Source of the DNA: Conidiobolus incongruus B7586
Taxonomy: Eukaryota
DNA length: 50,833 nt
Assembly: GCA_000697335.1 (NCBI GenBank)
Contig: JNEM01006006.1
Coordinates: forward strand, 1 to 50,833
Direction: 5' to 3'
Both the position numbers and the translations under genes were made by a program. Below are positions 49,384 to 50,833 of the stretch, piece after piece. Within the stretch, counting starts at the first letter, position 1. Every line of letters begins with the position of its first letter. The notes under the pieces are model-generated. The model made no database searches. It was not told the origin of the DNA and was given only the letters and a program-made list of their open reading frames with translations.

Positions 49384-49653
49384 ATGGCTGGAGGACGCTG
49401 GATGGGATGGTGGGGACACATGGGTGGCCCTGTCCAAAGAGGTATCGTTACCTACACTCTCTCCCCCTATGAACAACGCGCCTTCGCTGGTGCCTTCCGC
49501 AAAGGTTTCTTCAATGTTCTCCGTCGTGTTTCCGCTCAAATTCCCTACATTGCTCCCGCCGTCGCTTTCGCTTACAGCGTTTACACTCTCGGTAACCAAC
49601 GTCACGCTTTTTACCAATCTAAGGCTGGTGCTGCTCACGCCGAAGAACACTAA
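49384..49653 (+). CDS. QCR8: Cytochrome b-c1 complex subunit 8
   Basis: WMGWWGHMGGPVQRGIVTYTLSPYEQRAFAGA...FNVLRR...SKAG; strongly biased codon use. Confidence 0.97.
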   Translation: MAGGRWMGWWGHMGGPVQRGIVTYTLSPYEQRAFAGAFRKGFFNVLRRVSAQIPYIAPAVAFAYSVYTLGNQRHAFYQSKAGAAHAEEH

Positions 49654-50833
49654 ATTTAATTGAACAAAAGGTATACAAACAATCGAATTAATAAATTGGT
49701 TTTTTATTATTTTTATTGGGTTAATATTTTATAAAATATCTAACATTTTCCCCTTTAGATTCAAACTATTTTTTGGGATTTTAATAAATTTCTCAAATAA
49801 TTAGGATTTTAACAAATCTTATTTTGAACCAACAATCTGATTATCCTCATCTTTAAATCAAACATAGATTATCAATTTCAATTTTACAGATTTGTTTAAT
49901 CAGGTTTAATTTCGTCAATCTATGTCCATCATATTTCGATATTTCAATTAGTAATTATAAAGTAGATGATATTATAATTAAGTTAATGTAATTTACAACA
50001 AAAGTCTAATTAATGACATCTAATTATTATTAGCTTTCTCTCTCTTTTAATTTCATTTTAATTTTATATTATTCCTCAGCATAGAATATAATCATTCTAA
50101 TAATATTAAAATTCATTTCCAAAAAATCTTTTATTGGATTTATATGTATTATTTTTAACCATTTTATATGTATAGAATTTAAAATTATTTGAATATAATT
50201 GCTTTTAAATAAATTAAATATGATTTTATAAATATATATTATCATTGCTTCACCTTATATTAATTTTTTATTATCATCACTGTTAAATCATTCAATTCTT
50301 AAACATTTAGATTTACAAATAATAAAAAATTAAATAATGGCTTAATTTTAGAATTAAATAAAAATATTAATATATGATTTATAAAAATTAATACAAAATA
50401 TAAAATTAATACTTTCTTTTATTATTAATAACTCTTTGTTATACTTTTAACAAGCTTTTAACACTTAAAAAATAGTTTTTTATTAGACTGAAATTTAATA
50501 TTTTATGAACTTATTTAATTTATTTATAGGAATTTTTTTCTTATAAATATATTTTTTAATTATTTAAAAGAATTATATTTACATAAGTTGTAATCTAATG
50601 AATATATCAGATATAATAGCTTTTTCTAGTTTTTTTTTATATAAAAAACTTTCATAAGTTTAATTTTATATATTTTATAATTATTATGTAAAATAAAAAA
50701 TATCTTTAATTTATAATAAAATCACTAATGAAAAATTGTTTTATTTGAAAAAACAATATAAAATCTATTATTACTTAATTTACCTTTAAAAACTAAATAT
50801 GAAATTGATATAATATTATAATTTAATATAATA

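Overview
Very AT-rich eukaryotic DNA with short (~40-90 nt) GT-AG introns. The gene content (CHS7, QCR8, RAM1, Ste18-like G-gamma) is fungal; base composition and intron style suggest an early-diverging fungus (inference). Left arm: chitin-synthase chaperone CHS7, a G-protein gamma subunit missed by the ORF track, an orphan secreted protein, a HAD + 2H phosphoesterase fusion, and an apparently C-terminally short Rtp1/TANGO6 gene. Centre (18-39 kb): five intronless secreted alkaline phosphatase paralogues arranged > < > < < (three intact, one recently broken, one heavily decayed), with mosaic similarity, a shared TATA-containing motif and a tRNA-Leu inside the array. Right arm: CENP-Q-like gene, PPIL2/Cyp60, GPATCH11-like gene, tRNA-Thr, farnesyltransferase beta and QCR8. 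Two sharply bounded ~475-bp GC-rich non-coding islands (5823-6299, 46876-47350) are the main unexplained elements: both have solo-LTR-like termini, and the first is also rich in hairpins. A decayed ~260-bp repeat occurs twice in inverted orientation. All family calls come from motif recognition by eye, with no database searches; exon boundaries were placed manually. I see no clear evidence of a wholly new system; the best leads are the two islands, the phosphatase array and the HAD-2H protein.
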